A stretch of DNA of 64,000 nt from Negaprion brevirostris (lineage: Eukaryota). Where the stretch lies: the NCBI GenBank assembly GCA_030324005.1, contig JARDVH010000193.1, positions 23,454,192 through 23,518,191 of the forward strand, given 5' to 3'. The translations under genes were made by a program, and so were the position numbers. A model generated the notes under the pieces. That model did not search any database. It was not told the DNA's origin and saw only the letters and a program-made list of their open reading frames with translations. Each line of letters opens with the position of its first letter. Within the stretch, counting starts at the first letter, position 1. Positions 38,361 through 50,755 of the stretch are shown one piece after another.

Positions 38361-38699
38361 TTTGCACTTTGGATACCTTCAAAAGCTATCACACTGAAGA
38401 ATCCCACCAGCTGCAGTACTTCACATACTGCTCAATTCATGACACTACCGCCAGACCTACCAATAATCTATATCAGTCAGTACTCTCGTAGCTTCCCCTC
38501 ATCCCCCCACACTTAGCATTGTTGCAAGCTTCACATCCAAATCTCATAGCTTTCATACCTTCCAGCTATTCGACCATAATAACAACAACCCCTAAAACCA
38601 TTGCACAACACTCACTGACGCACTTCCTTCTCTCCTGCAGGACTAGGTGGCACATAATCAAAACCGTATCTAACCAACAGGCATCAGGCAGATTAGGAC

Positions 38700-39310
38700 T
38701 GCACCCACTGTCCCTAATATGATGGCAAGCGCGGAGGTGTGGCCATTTAGGAGACTACTCCAAGAAGAACGTGTCGTCGGTTCTTTTCCAGCATGTGCAG
38801 GCTGTTGCCCCCGAGTGGTCTTAATATCAGGGTCCCAAAGCCCGTGGGAAAATCCCAACTCATTGTTTCAGCACGACAATGGTATGCTGTATGATATTTC
38901 ATCCAGCATTGTGGCTTTATTGTATGCATGGGGCTCCTACGTGCTTGGGTTGTGCATTGAAGTCCTGAGCCATGTCGACAATGGATAACTCTTGTCTTTC
39001 TACCCTTTGGTTGTGATAGTTCACATACAAATGGGCAGAGTGGACTGCTGCAGAATGAAGACATCATGACTGCATCAGGATACCAGGGATTGACCCGGAT
39101 GATATGTTGCATACGGATACACACCAGCTGAGTATTGAAGGTGTGTACTTTCAGTTACAGTCCATCTCAGAATTGACATGTAAGCTTCTCAGCCACCACA
39201 TGTGTGCAGTGAATGGCACCCTATACCCTGGCAAGGCCTGCAATTCTCACAAAGCTTACTTTGCCTGCTACTCTCTGGCAATAGAAGAATGAATGTAATC
39301 ACCTGTCTTG
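38700..39310 (-). pseudogene. Harbinger (HARBI1-like DDE) transposase remnant
   Basis: Minus-strand pieces IAGLARV*GAIHCTHV, HTFNTQLVCIRMQHIIRVNPWYP, SHDVFILQQS and DKSYPLSTWL correspond to the GAIDCTH / PGSSHDAFIL / GDKGYPL motifs. Confidence 0.85.
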
Positions 39311-39959
39311 AAATTCTGCTCACTTCTCCTATGCAACAATGAATGGCAAACTGGGAGATGTTGCAAATATCCCCTCATCGGTATTCAACCGTTCCCTCTG
39401 AATTTTTATTATCCGCATGCGAAATGAAAACAATACCAAGTAATGTGCAGAAATGTATCACCGGCAGAAACAAAAAAAAGTATTTAATTTATATTTTTTT
39501 AAAATTTCCATAGCTATGAAAGAAAGAAAATTTAAAAGAAGTAATAATAGACAAGTTGCAGTATTTAAGATGTTTATTTAAAATCAACTAAAAATAAATG
39601 TAACACAGCAAAATTGTTCCTCTGAGACTTTCAACTAAACTATTTTCTTGACATGGGAAACAATATTTTATGATTGGTATTGATGCATGAAATAAAATAA
39701 GTTCTACTTTCTTTATGATTCAAATTAAAGATTATATCTCTCGACAAGGGAAAAATTTTTTTTATCTCATCTTAAGTATGCAAAATATATATATATACAT
39801 TCCCTTTTGTTGTGGCACATAAAATTAAATAATCATTCTTTTGTTTTGACATATGGAAGTAAGAATTTATTTCCTTGATCTAGGGGACCATTAATCACTG
39901 TCACTGGAGTGAGAGCGCAAGCCAGTGTTTCCAGGATAGATGGGGCAGATGCTTGTCTC

Positions 39960-41720
39960 TAGCCTCAAATCTTTCCTCTTCTGCCTTTACTCTTCCAGTG
40001 ATTATAAGCCATGTCAAGGTTTACTTCTTCACCATGAAGAGTATAAAATTTGATCTTCATTAGCATGCCGAGGCAATTTTCTTTCACTCCCTTTCATGGC
40101 TTAGTTTTGATATTATTCATAAGCCTGGTGCCTCACCCACAATTGGTATTGGAAGCTTGAAAGGCTGCACGTATACCCACCAATTGTGAACCTACAAAGT
40201 CTTGTTCTGCATTTTTGTAGACTGAAAGTCACCATTTCCTGGAAATTTGTCATCAACTTTGCTTCATCATTCTCTGCAATTTTGTATGTGTAATCATTAT
40301 GAAATAATAGTGAACTCACTGTCCTTGCTATTTTGAACAGATGAGTTCACTCGACTAACTTTTTCTGTATTTGTCGGCTAGCTTGCTAAAGGTTTTCATA
40401 CCATTTTGTAACTGATTTGCCATGATCAAAGTGAAGCAAAATCAAAAGCTGCCTGTTCATTTAGTTCCTTTTCTGGAAAGCTTTAATCAGACAGCCACGC
40501 AACAGGGATATGAAACTTAGATTCGCTGGTAAGTAGTTCATCTCTTTGCTTAATGCAATTAGATTTTTCACATTGTTACTCCAGGGAACTATTCTACTGA
40601 GATACTGTTCTCTCACCTTGAGGATTATGGTCCTTGCTAACTTGTTAATGAGCTCTTCTGAAAGTAATTGGTCATTTCTGCTGTAAGACACTTAATGCAG
40701 TTAGTGCTATGGTAGTCAGTGTCAGAGGGCTTCTTTGGGCAGTAATTTGCTACTAAATCATTACTTTCTGTGATTTTGTGCCCAAAATATCTAAGAAGCA
40801 TCTCAGAATTGTGCATCAAAACACCAAAAGTACAATGTCTAGATAGTGGCCATACTTCATGCAGCGGTCTCAATTCCTGTGATATTTGCTTTTCAAATTG
40901 CCTCTTCAGATGAAGCACTGCAGAAGACTATACCTGATCTTCAGAGGTTTCTCTAGTTCCCACATTACTGTACTTGGTTCCAATTAACCTCAGATGAGGC
41001 ACGCAATGTTGTTCTATTAAATATGGCATGTATGCTTGAGTGTGTGGCAACACCATTGTTTTTCCCTAGCACGACAGAGGCACTATCTGAAATGACTATC
41101 ACCATTTTCATCATGTCCAGCTTATCTAGTGTAAAAATCTTTGATAGCATGTGTAATAGCTTGCTCATTACAGGCAGATCAATTAATAATTCATCCAGAC
41201 ACTATATGCAGTGCTGATGTTGCATTTCTCAGCTTAATCATAAGCATCTTGTTAACAGCAATATCTGTGCTTCCATCATCTTCAATGTGATATCTGCATG
41301 GACAGCATTTGATTAGATTCAGAAGCATAGCTTTCACTACATCAACTCACTGGAATGTGCAAATTCTTTACCATTTGATCATTTATGTTATGGAATTATT
41401 TGTTCATACTGCAAGCTGAACATTGTGAGAACTTTTATTTCTTCTGGCTTTGAAAGTTGCCTTCCTATCTATTCTAGTCTCTTTTGTCTGTCATTAGTGA
41501 TTTCTAATAGAATACTTTTCAAGTCAATTCCCAGTGGTTGAGAATTTATGCTTCTAGTAATATATATATATATAGCAGATTCATAACATTTTGATCATTC
41601 CCTCTTCATGTAGGCCGCAGTGGTGACATGGGGCACAGCCTAATGGAATCCTGGGTGGCAAATTGTCTTAGTTCTTAAGCACTTGCAGGTGCAAAAAAAT
41701 GGCTTTTCTTCTAAGATAAA
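39960..41720 (-). pseudogene. hAT-superfamily (ZNF862/ZMYM1-like) transposase remnant
   Basis: Minus-strand motifs in correct order: DDGSTDIAVNKML (~41270), SDSASVVLGKNNGVA (~41070), HEVWPLSRH (~40850), FQASNTNCG*GTRLMNNIKTK (hAT dimerization region, ~40130). Confidence 0.85.
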
Positions 41721-41849
41721 ACTGTAATTTTTTTTAATTTATTGGCCATCTTGTGTTTGTGGTTACTGCCATGGCATTTAGGACCCAGCAGTAGAGGTTC
41801 CTTAAGAAATCATGCATGGCATCATGTCCACCTGCGGATTAAAAAAAAA

Positions 41850-42600
41850 TCTCATGGGATGTGGGCATCACTGAAAAGATTTGTTGCCCATCTGAAATAG
41901 CCCTTGAGAAGTTGGTGGTGAGCTGCCTTCTTGAGTCCATGTGGTGTAAGTACAGTGACAATGCTGTTAGAAAGAGAGTTCTAGGATTTTGACCCAGCAA
42001 CGGTGAAAGCACAATGATACATTTCCAAGTCAGGATGGTATGTCTGTAGTGGAACTTGCTGGTACGGTGTTTCTTGCGCCTGCTGTACTTGTCCTAGGTG
42101 TGAGAGATTGCAGGTTGCCTGTCACAGGAGGCTTAGTAAGTTACTGCAGTGCACCTTGTAGATGATAAATGATCCTGCCACTGTGCACCAGTGCTAGAGG
42201 CAGTGAATGCTTAAGGTGATGGATGCGGGCTTCCTCTTCCTGGAGGGTATTGAGCTTCTTGAGCATTGTTGAAGGTGCACTCACTGAGGAAGGTGGAGAG
42301 TATGCTATCACACTCCTGACTTGTGCCATGTAGATGGTGGGCAGAGTTTGGGGAATCAGGATGGGTTACTCGCTGCAGAATTCCTATCCTCTGATCTGTT
42401 TTTGTAGCTGCAGTATTTGTATGGCTGGTCCAGTTCAGTTTCTGGTCAATGGTAACCTCTCCTTGGATGTTGATGGTTGGGGATTCAGCAATGACAATCC
42501 CATTGAATATTTAGGGGAGCTGGTTAGTTTCTCTATTGTCGGATATGGTCATTGCGTCATTTTTATGGCCTGAATGTTACTTGCCACTTGTCAGCCTAAG
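41850..42600 (-). mobile_element. CR1/Jockey-group LINE 3' region
   Basis: AQVRSVIAYSP..VSAPSTMLKKLNTLQEEEARI, an RT C-terminal remnant. Confidence 0.8.
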
Positions 42601-43415
42601 CTAGACAACATTCTGCCTAAGATTAATGGCTTCTCCAGCTACATCAACTTGCTCATATTCATAAACTGTAGTAACATTGCTTGATAGATCACTAGGTTCT
42701 CATCAGTCATTGCATCTTGGACTGTTGGAAAAGGAATTTGTATTGCCATCATTGTCACTGAGTGATTAGCTTTTGAGATTATCTGCAAAATTATGGTCAC
42801 TGCAGTTTCCAGAGTGAGCCAGCAATGTGTACACGTTTGACGCATCTGCACATAGGTCTGTCTGAAATGTTCTTATTCTTCCAAACCCCTGCTTACTCTT
42901 CTATAGAAGGATCATTTAGATTTGAAAGGTTATGGTTAAGTCAGTTTCTCTCCACAGTTGTTGCCAGATCTGCTGAGTTTATCCAACATTTTTTGTTTTA
43001 TCCCTGCTTACTCTTGGTTGAATTTGTTCAACTAGTATTATATACCATCACAAAAAGCTTCAACATCAAAATCCATTGCACCAGAACATATATCACCAAC
43101 TTAATTGTAATATGAACAGCCAAAGGAAAACAGCTGCTTATTTTGTTAGTCTCATCAAAATTGAGTTTTGCTATTAAAATTTACAGAGATATTATCCCAG
43201 CCTGTGCTGTCCTGATGAACGATTTTAACCATTTTCCTGACTGAGGGACCAGCTGGTAATGCTACAGAATTGCAAGTGTCCAAAAGCTGAGTTGATCACA
43301 TTGAGTCTTCCATCAGAAGTGAAAATTCACCATTAATTTCTCTTCATTAATTCTCTAGTATTGAGCCCATCAATTGCAAGTGAACAAGGTTCCATTTTCA
43401 TTTCAAATGTTTTAT

Positions 43416-44715
43416 CAGTGCACGTTGATGCCTGTGGTTTTACAGTGGACATTTATGCATGTAGTTTTACCCTGCACATTAATGCTTGTAGCTTTATAAT
43501 GGCCATTAATACCTGTAGTTTTACACTGCACATTGATGCTTGTAGTTTTACACTGCACATTGATGCTTGTAGTTTTACACTGCACATTGATGCTTGTAGT
43601 TTTACAGATGCACATCGATGCTTGTAGTTTTACAGATGCACATTGATGCTCGTAGTTTTACAGATGCACGTTGATGCTCGTAGTTTTACAGATGCACGTT
43701 GATGCTTGTAGTTTTACAGATGCACGTTGATGCTTGTAGTTTTACAGATGCACGTTGATGCTTGTAGTTTTACAGATGCACATTGCTTGTAGTTTTACAG
43801 TTCGTATTAATATATGTAGTTTTATAGTGCACATTGATGTTTAAGGTTTAACACTGCACATTGGTATTTGTAATTTTACAGTGTAGATTGATGCTTGTAC
43901 TTTTACAGTGCACATTAATGCTTGTAGCTTTAGAATGTACATTAATGCTTGAGTTTTACAGTGCACATTGATGCTTGTAGTTTTGCAGTGCATCAGTAAT
44001 GGTTGTAGTTTTACAGTGCGGCATGATGCTTTTAGTTTTACAGTACACATTAATGCTTGTAGTTTTATAGTGCACATTGCTTGTAGTTTTATAGTGCACA
44101 TTGCTTGTAGTTGTACGCATTGCTTGTAATTTTACAGTGCACATTAATGCTTGTAGTTTTACTGTGCATCATTAATGCTTGTGTTTTACAGTGCACAATG
44201 CTTGTAGTTTTACATTGCACGTTAATGCTTGTAGTTTTACAGTGCACATTAACATTTATAGCTTTACAGTGCACATTAATATTAATAACTTTACAGTGCA
44301 TATTGATGCTTGTAATTTTACAGGAGTCATTGCTTGTAGTTTTACAGTGGGCATTGATGCTTGTAGTTTTACAGTGCCCATCAATGCTTGTAGTTTCACA
44401 GCACAGATTAACATTTGTAATTTCACAGTGCACACTAATGCTTGTAGCATTTACAGTGTACATTAATGCTTGTAGTTTTATAGTGCAGATCAATGTTGTA
44501 GTTCCACAGCACACATTGATGCATGTTTTACAGTGCACATTAATGCTTGTAATTTCACAGTGCACATTGGTTGTAGTTTTTCAGTGTGCGTTGACGCTTG
44601 CAGTTTCACGGTGCGCGTTGACGCTTGCAGTTTCACGGTGCTCGTTGACGCTTGCAGTTTCACGGTGCTCGTTGACGCTTGCAGTTTCACGGTGCGCGTT
44701 GACGCTTGCACGTTC
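43416..44715. repeat. 27-bp minisatellite, roughly 45-50 units, running into an assembly gap
   Basis: Consensus ATTGATGCTTGTAGTTTTACAGTGCAC with 24-28 bp variants; explains the repetitive ORFs on both strands. Confidence 0.95.
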
Positions 44716-47700
44716 NNNNNNNNNNNNNNNNNNNNNNNNNNNNNNNNNNNNNNNNNNNNNNNNNNNNNNNNNNNNNNNNNNNNNNNNNNNNNNNNGAGTA
44801 AATGTTTATCTGATGAGTGAGCAGTTGATGAGTTAGGGCAAAAGGAACATTGGTAACTTCCAGTTCTCTTAAATTTTCTATTCACTGATTGTAAATTTAT
44901 AAGTTAGGTTCTTTTCACATGGATTCAGAAGAAGGAGGTAATAAAACAATTTTTGTAACAGTTTCAGATAGTTTGAGTATATTACAGCTTTGTATTATCG
45001 ACAGAGGAACATCTGGTTGGATAACAGCTGCTTCAGCTTGCAACTGAACATGAATTAGCAGCTTCCTGATGAACAGTTTTTAATGCCTGTGCACAAACAT
45101 TGAACCAAACATCATGGGATTTCAGGAACATCAGAAATAAATGGTCATGTCCATTCTTTGTTAAATTTGGTCTTGTACTAGTAAAATCCCTGCATTCTTT
45201 TAAAGACTTCTTGATGACATTCTGCCTCTTTGTGGAATGAATGAGTCACTGTTAATATGTACCTTCAATATGTACCTTCAATTTCATAAGCCAATATCTC
45301 CTTCAATTGTAATCCACTGTTTTTTATTGCCTGTGTCCTATCTGATAGGACCTATCAAGTCTAACATATCTGGATAAGGCTTTCTTTATGTTGGCTATAT
45401 ATTGCTCCTTTTTTTAAGCATGTCAATTTCTTCCCACTTCACAGCCTTGCTATTGAGCTGTGATTCATCACTTTCCTCAGCATTATAAGTATAAATGCAG
45501 CATACATTCTTGGGAGTCCTTCACTCTGGAAACTACCTTTAACCTGCCCCAAACGCAGTAACTGTTTATAACCACCAGAGTGCAGAAAAACATTTCTGTA
45601 AAGTTAGTGTGAAGTTGAGATTCACCTTAAGTCCTTGTAATTGATAGAAAATGCAGGAGAGTTAACATGTCTCGAGCTCTATTCTAAATGTAGCAGAAAG
45701 TAATTGTGATGTGGGCAGTTGCTTTATTGAGACTTGGTACATTCATTGCACAGGTTGATTTCATACTCTTTAAAATTACTAAGTGGATAAATGGGGTTAC
45801 GATGCATGACCTAATTGGCTGAACAGGCTCGCAGGAATGAATGGCTTACTCCTGTCCTGTGTTTTATATTTTGCATGCTCAATCACAATGCTGGAAATTT
45901 CAAATTCTGCATTTACATAGTTTGGATCCCAACTCTTCACCACTAATCAGACAAAAACAGGCTGGCAAGAGTACCTCATGAAATTAAACTCGAGCTCTGA
46001 AAACATGACTCTATTTTATATTTCCTTGTACATTTATTTTACATTTTGTAAATGTGTGATATCACCCTGAGCCATTCCTTGTAACCCATGCTGTGTAGTG
46101 ATCTGTGCATACCTCCAAACTGTCTTGAAATAATACGATTCTCATATGTTCAAGAGGGAGCACAAATGGTTAGTTAGATAAACATGAGTCAGATAAATCA
46201 TAAAGGTAGATCCTTCACTTTAGCAACTGGCTGAACCAAAAAAAACTGAAGCTTGTGTGCTGAATTAATACCTTTTTAAAGCAACACACTTGTCGAGCTA
46301 TTTGTACAGGGTAGTAACTGGAAGCGCAGCTAAAACACATGACAAAAACCATTGAGTGTGATTTGCTTTAATTTCAGACATTTTCACTCCACTTTATCTC
46401 AGAGGTACAGATAGAAATGACTGAAAGGAAGCGAAGGTCCATCCTCTTGTGACGGTTATAGTTAGCCGCAAATCAGCTGAGGTCAGTCACTTTCAGCACA
46501 TCAACGTGAAGAGGGGCTAACAAAAAATGTGACAAAGAGCTCGACTTTGGATAGGCCTGGGTGGAAAACGAACAGAATGGAAACTCCAGTTGCTACAAAT
46601 CTCGGAAAGAATTTTTTTTACAGTGTTTTAGGGCAGTACATTTTAGGAAGAGGTTAAATAATACTTGGCCGTTTCCATCAATCTCCATAAACACGAAGTA
46701 TGCACTTGGATAGTAGAAGCCAAAATTCTATTTATGTCCTTAAGCATTTAATATCCGAATTTTAATTGAAAAGTTGGATTTTGGTTTGCAATAGAATGAC
46801 AGAAGGAAAAATGTAACATCAGTTGTACTGCCATTGGGTTAGAAAGAAAGCCATTAAATTCTCCTTCAATATTACATCCTCCACCTTACTGAGCACAGAG
46901 AGAAAACTTCCACTTCATTATTTTATAAAAGTGATTTTGATGTAGCAAACATGATATAACTGTGTGAACGAGATTTAATTAATAAATGTGTGAGATCAGT
47001 GTTTGAAATTGTTTGGACAACTAGTAGAATTTTCTGGTGACTTGCAATTTATATTTGCAAATATAAAGGCATACAAGATAAGTTATTTTTCTTCTAAATC
47101 TCTTAATTTATTATTTTACTTAAATGTAAATTCTTATTTAATTTTCTCGCAAAATTACTTTTTATGCTTGTAGCTCATTAGCAAAACAAAATATAGAATA
47201 TTAGTTACCAGTAACTTTGCTAGCTGCTAGTCTTTATTTTGAACACTGTATGATATTGTATCTGCATAGGAATCGTAATGTAGGTAAAACAACTTTCCCA
47301 TTGTTACAGTCATGCAATTAGACATGCAATTCTGAATTTTAAATTGGCTTCTATTGATACATTATTTTAAATTTATAATGCCTTTGCATCTAACAGTTAT
47401 GCTACATGAACATTAAAAACGTCAAGTGGGATTAGCCAATGATGAAATCAAATTTGCCTGATTTCATTGCGGCAAGGCCACTGAGCTAGTTTTGGTGTGA
47501 TTTCTTCACTTGTCATTCCAGTTCAGTTACAACCCTGCGGCCACAGAGGCAAGAGATACAGATTCCACATTCTTCCATCAAGCTGCAAAAAAAAATGACT
47601 ATAGAAAACTTATGCTATAATACAAACCTTGTCTAATTTTCTAATATTTTTAATGTACTACAGTGCACATTTTCAAACTAGTTTTTTAGAAATTGTTTGT

Positions 47701-47949
47701 TGCTGTGTGAAGTTAGTGTGTACATTTGGATATTTTGTAAATAAAATCTTGCTTGTTCAGCAACCAGAAGCTTTTTGTTTCATATTTCTTAATTCCAAGA
47801 TCATTTGACCACAATATGTGTCACAGTTAAGTAAGCGTTTCACTAATGGAGAATCTCAGATATTTTGAATCCATTGTCACTTATTAATTAGCATTGTATC
47901 CTCCAATGAGGGGACTAATTAAGCCAAAAATGTTCTGAGTATATTTAGC

Positions 47950-48560
47950 AACGGCATGCATTTATTTAGCACATCACAAAGTGCTTCATAGGAGTGGTAT
48001 CAAACAACATTTGATACTGAAACACACAGGGAAGTATTGGAGAAGATTGCCAAAGGTTTGATCAAAGAGGTATGTTTTAGAGAGTATTTAGACGGTTACA
48101 TGGGTAAGATGGGTATAGAGGGATATGGGCCAAATGCAGTCAATTGGGATTAGCTTAGGGCAGGGGTCTCCAGACTATGACCCATGGGCCGCATCCGGAT
48201 TGGAGTTTTGAGACTGCTGGCTTAGGGGTTTTTAAAAAAAAGGGCAGCATGGACAAGTTGGGCTGAAGGGCCTATTTCCATGCTGTAAACCTCAATGATT
48301 CTGAGAGATGTTTAGGAATGGAGTTCCAGAGCCTAGGGACTCTGCAGTTGAAGGCACCTCAAATGATGAAATGAAGGCCAGATATCTCAAAGGGATCTAG
48401 AACCCGCAGAGTTGCAGAGGTAAGAAGGAGTGAGACCACAGAGGGATTTGAAAAGCTGAATGACATTTTAAAATCAAAAGGGAGCCAATGTAGGTCATTG
48501 AGCACAGGAATTCATGGATGAACAGGATTTAGTGCAGGTTAAATGATACGGGCTTTGGAT
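47950..48560 (-). mobile_element. L2-type LINE 3' fragment with a nested + strand CR1 tail (about 48085-48303)
   Basis: Similar to the 49200-49700 copy; the nested piece matches the CR1 tail at 23755-23900. Confidence 0.7.
48161..48219. mobile_element. 59-bp hAT (Charlie/Buster-type) miniature element
   Basis: TIRs CAGGGGTCTCCAGACT / AGTTTTGAGACTGCTG; perfect 8-bp TSD GCTTAGGG at 48153-48160 and 48220-48227. Confidence 0.88.
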
Positions 48561-49199
48561 GAGTGGAACCTTCTGAATGAAATCGTCAATTAAAAATACA
48601 TGGACCAAGGAAAGGGCCTCCAGAGGTAACTGTATAGAAGGGGGAGGAAAAGACATTGCTGTTCAAGGTGGTATGTATAATCCAAAAGATGACATTCTAG
48701 TCATCAGCATTGGATAACCAATTCGAGAAAGAAATCCTGACATTTGTATTTACCTTTTAAAGCCAAACATACTGAAATATATCTGTGATATATCTGTATA
48801 AGTTCCAAATCTGAAGTAAAAGATGTGGCTCTAACGACTGCCACTCCCTTTATTTCAATGAGGATGTGAGTGCAAGTTTCCACAGCTGCAATTGCATCTT
48901 TTAATTCAGTTACCATTCAAGATCAGTCAGGGGTGGTAAGATTTTAAGTCTATTTTGTGTCGCTCAATGACAGAAAACAATGAGTAATTCCATACAGAAT
49001 GGACTTAGTCTTCTATTTTTATTTGATCTGCTGATTCTGGTTTCTTTCAAATTATTTGCTGATGTTTTTATTCTAATTACAATTGACATTGACTTTATTC
49101 GATATTGCACTCTCTGGAGTACATACCTTGCCCTTGTTAGCTTCAGTCCATCTTCCAAGCAGTATTCAACAAGGAGGAGCACTGATTCGACAGCAGCTT

Positions 49200-49700
49200 C
49201 TATTTGTTTAACACATTTAATGTAATGAAACATCCCAGTGAGCTTCACAGGAATATTATAAAACAAAATATGACAGTGAGCCTCATTGGGATATATGACC
49301 TGGAACTTAATCAGAGGTAGATTTAATGGACTGTCATGTAAGTTGGAGATGTGTTGGAGGGATATTCCAGAGCTTGAGGTCTAGGCAACAGAAGGTACAG
49401 CCACCACTGTTGGAGCAATTGAAATTGAGGATGCAGCAGAAACCAGATTTAGAGGAGCACAGATATCTTGGAACATTGTGGGGCTGGAGAAGATTACAGA
49501 GATGAGGGGCAAAGCGATGGAGGGATTTGAAAACAACGATGAGAATTTTATAGTCAAGACTTTGCTTGATCAAGGGCCAGTGTAGGGCAGCAAGCACAGG
49601 GGTGATAGGGGAAGGGTCTTGCTGCAAGTTAAATCACAGGCAGCAGAATTTTGGACGACATTAAATGTAGAATATGGGAGACCAGCTTGGAGTGTGTCGG
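49200..49700 (-). mobile_element. L2-type LINE 3' end
   Basis: SPITPVLAALHWPLIKQSLDYKILIVVFKSLHRFAPHLCNLLQPHNVPRYL...KLWN. Confidence 0.88.
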
Positions 49701-49744
49701 AAAAGTTTTTAGCTGACAGATGATAGTAGGTAGTAATCAGCAAG

Positions 49745-49885
49745 GAAGAGCTCTGACGAAGGGTTAACCAGACTGGAAATGTTGGCTCTATTCTCTCTGC
49801 ACTGGTGCTATCAGATCTGCTGAGATATTCCAGCATATTCTGTTTTTGTTTCAGATTCCAGCATCTGCAGTATTTTGCCTTTTGT
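49745..49885 (+). mobile_element. Penelope-type terminal repeat with hammerhead-like core
   Basis: gagctCTGACGAagggttaaccagactgGAAAtGTTggctct...gatctgctgagatattccagcatattctgtttttgtttcagattccagcatctgcagtattttgc. Confidence 0.7.
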
Positions 49886-50569
49886 TTAAGAAAGTTTCTT
49901 TCCCCATGTTTGACCTGGTGCCATGAGATTTCTTGGTGTCCAGAGTCGATGTTGAGGATCACAGAACCCGTTCCTCTTGACTGTGTATCACTGCTGGCTA
50001 GCATCTTCTACAGTGATGGAGAAGTCTGGGACATTGGATTTTATTGTATGATTCACTGAGTATGACTATGTCAGACTGATGTTTTACTAGTCAATGGACA
50101 GCTCTTCCCCAGATGTCAGTGAGCAGGACTTTGCAAGGTTAGCTGGGCAAGGGATACTTCATTTGGAGCCGAGAGCAATGCTGGTCAGTCCATCTGGTGC
50201 TATTCTTATCTGACATTTGCTTGGCCAAGGGCATGGGGGGATTTGAAAACAAATATGATCATATGAAAACCCAAAAGTCTGGAAATACTCAGCGAGTCAG
50301 GTAGCATCTGTGGAGAGAAAAACAAAATTAATGGGTGGTACTTAATAGCGGCAACAGGATCCTTGCCCATTGGCTGAAGAGAAAGTGAAAGCCTTACGTC
50401 GCCTCTTTTAAGGAAGGTCTACCATATTAAGTGTCATTCAAGGACCCTGGGGGCAGACGACCCTCCTGCTGAGAGCTACTGACACCAAGAGGTGGTGGCT
50501 GCTGCCAGTACAACATTAGCCACATTGGAGGGCAGACCAGTGGTTAGCATAGCTACCTTGCAGCACCAG

Positions 50570-50755
50570 GCATCCCAGTTCAATTCCGGCTTTAGGTGAC
50601 TGTGACTGGATGGAGTTTACATATTCTCCCCATACCTGCGGAGGAAACCCACGCAGGCACAGAATGTGCAGACTCCGCACAGCCAGTGACCCAAGCCAGG
50701 AACCCAACCTGGGTCCCTGGTGCCGTGAGGCAGCAGTACTAACCATTGTGCCACC
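50570..50755 (-). mobile_element. HE1-like SINE fragments
   Basis: Reverse-strand MVSTAASRHQGP-type head; an adjacent + strand head is present at about 50538-50625. Confidence 0.75.

Noticed and set aside
42620-43320. Possible additional transposase remnant on the minus strand (also about 45000-45500)
   Set aside because: Only vague motif resemblance; could not be supported without a profile search
43416-44715. CRISPR-like array or a repetitive 241-aa protein (44111-44836)
   Set aside because: Units are contiguous with no unique spacers, there are no cas genes and the context is vertebrate. The ORFs arise from a 27-bp unit lacking stops in several frames and are extended by Ns.
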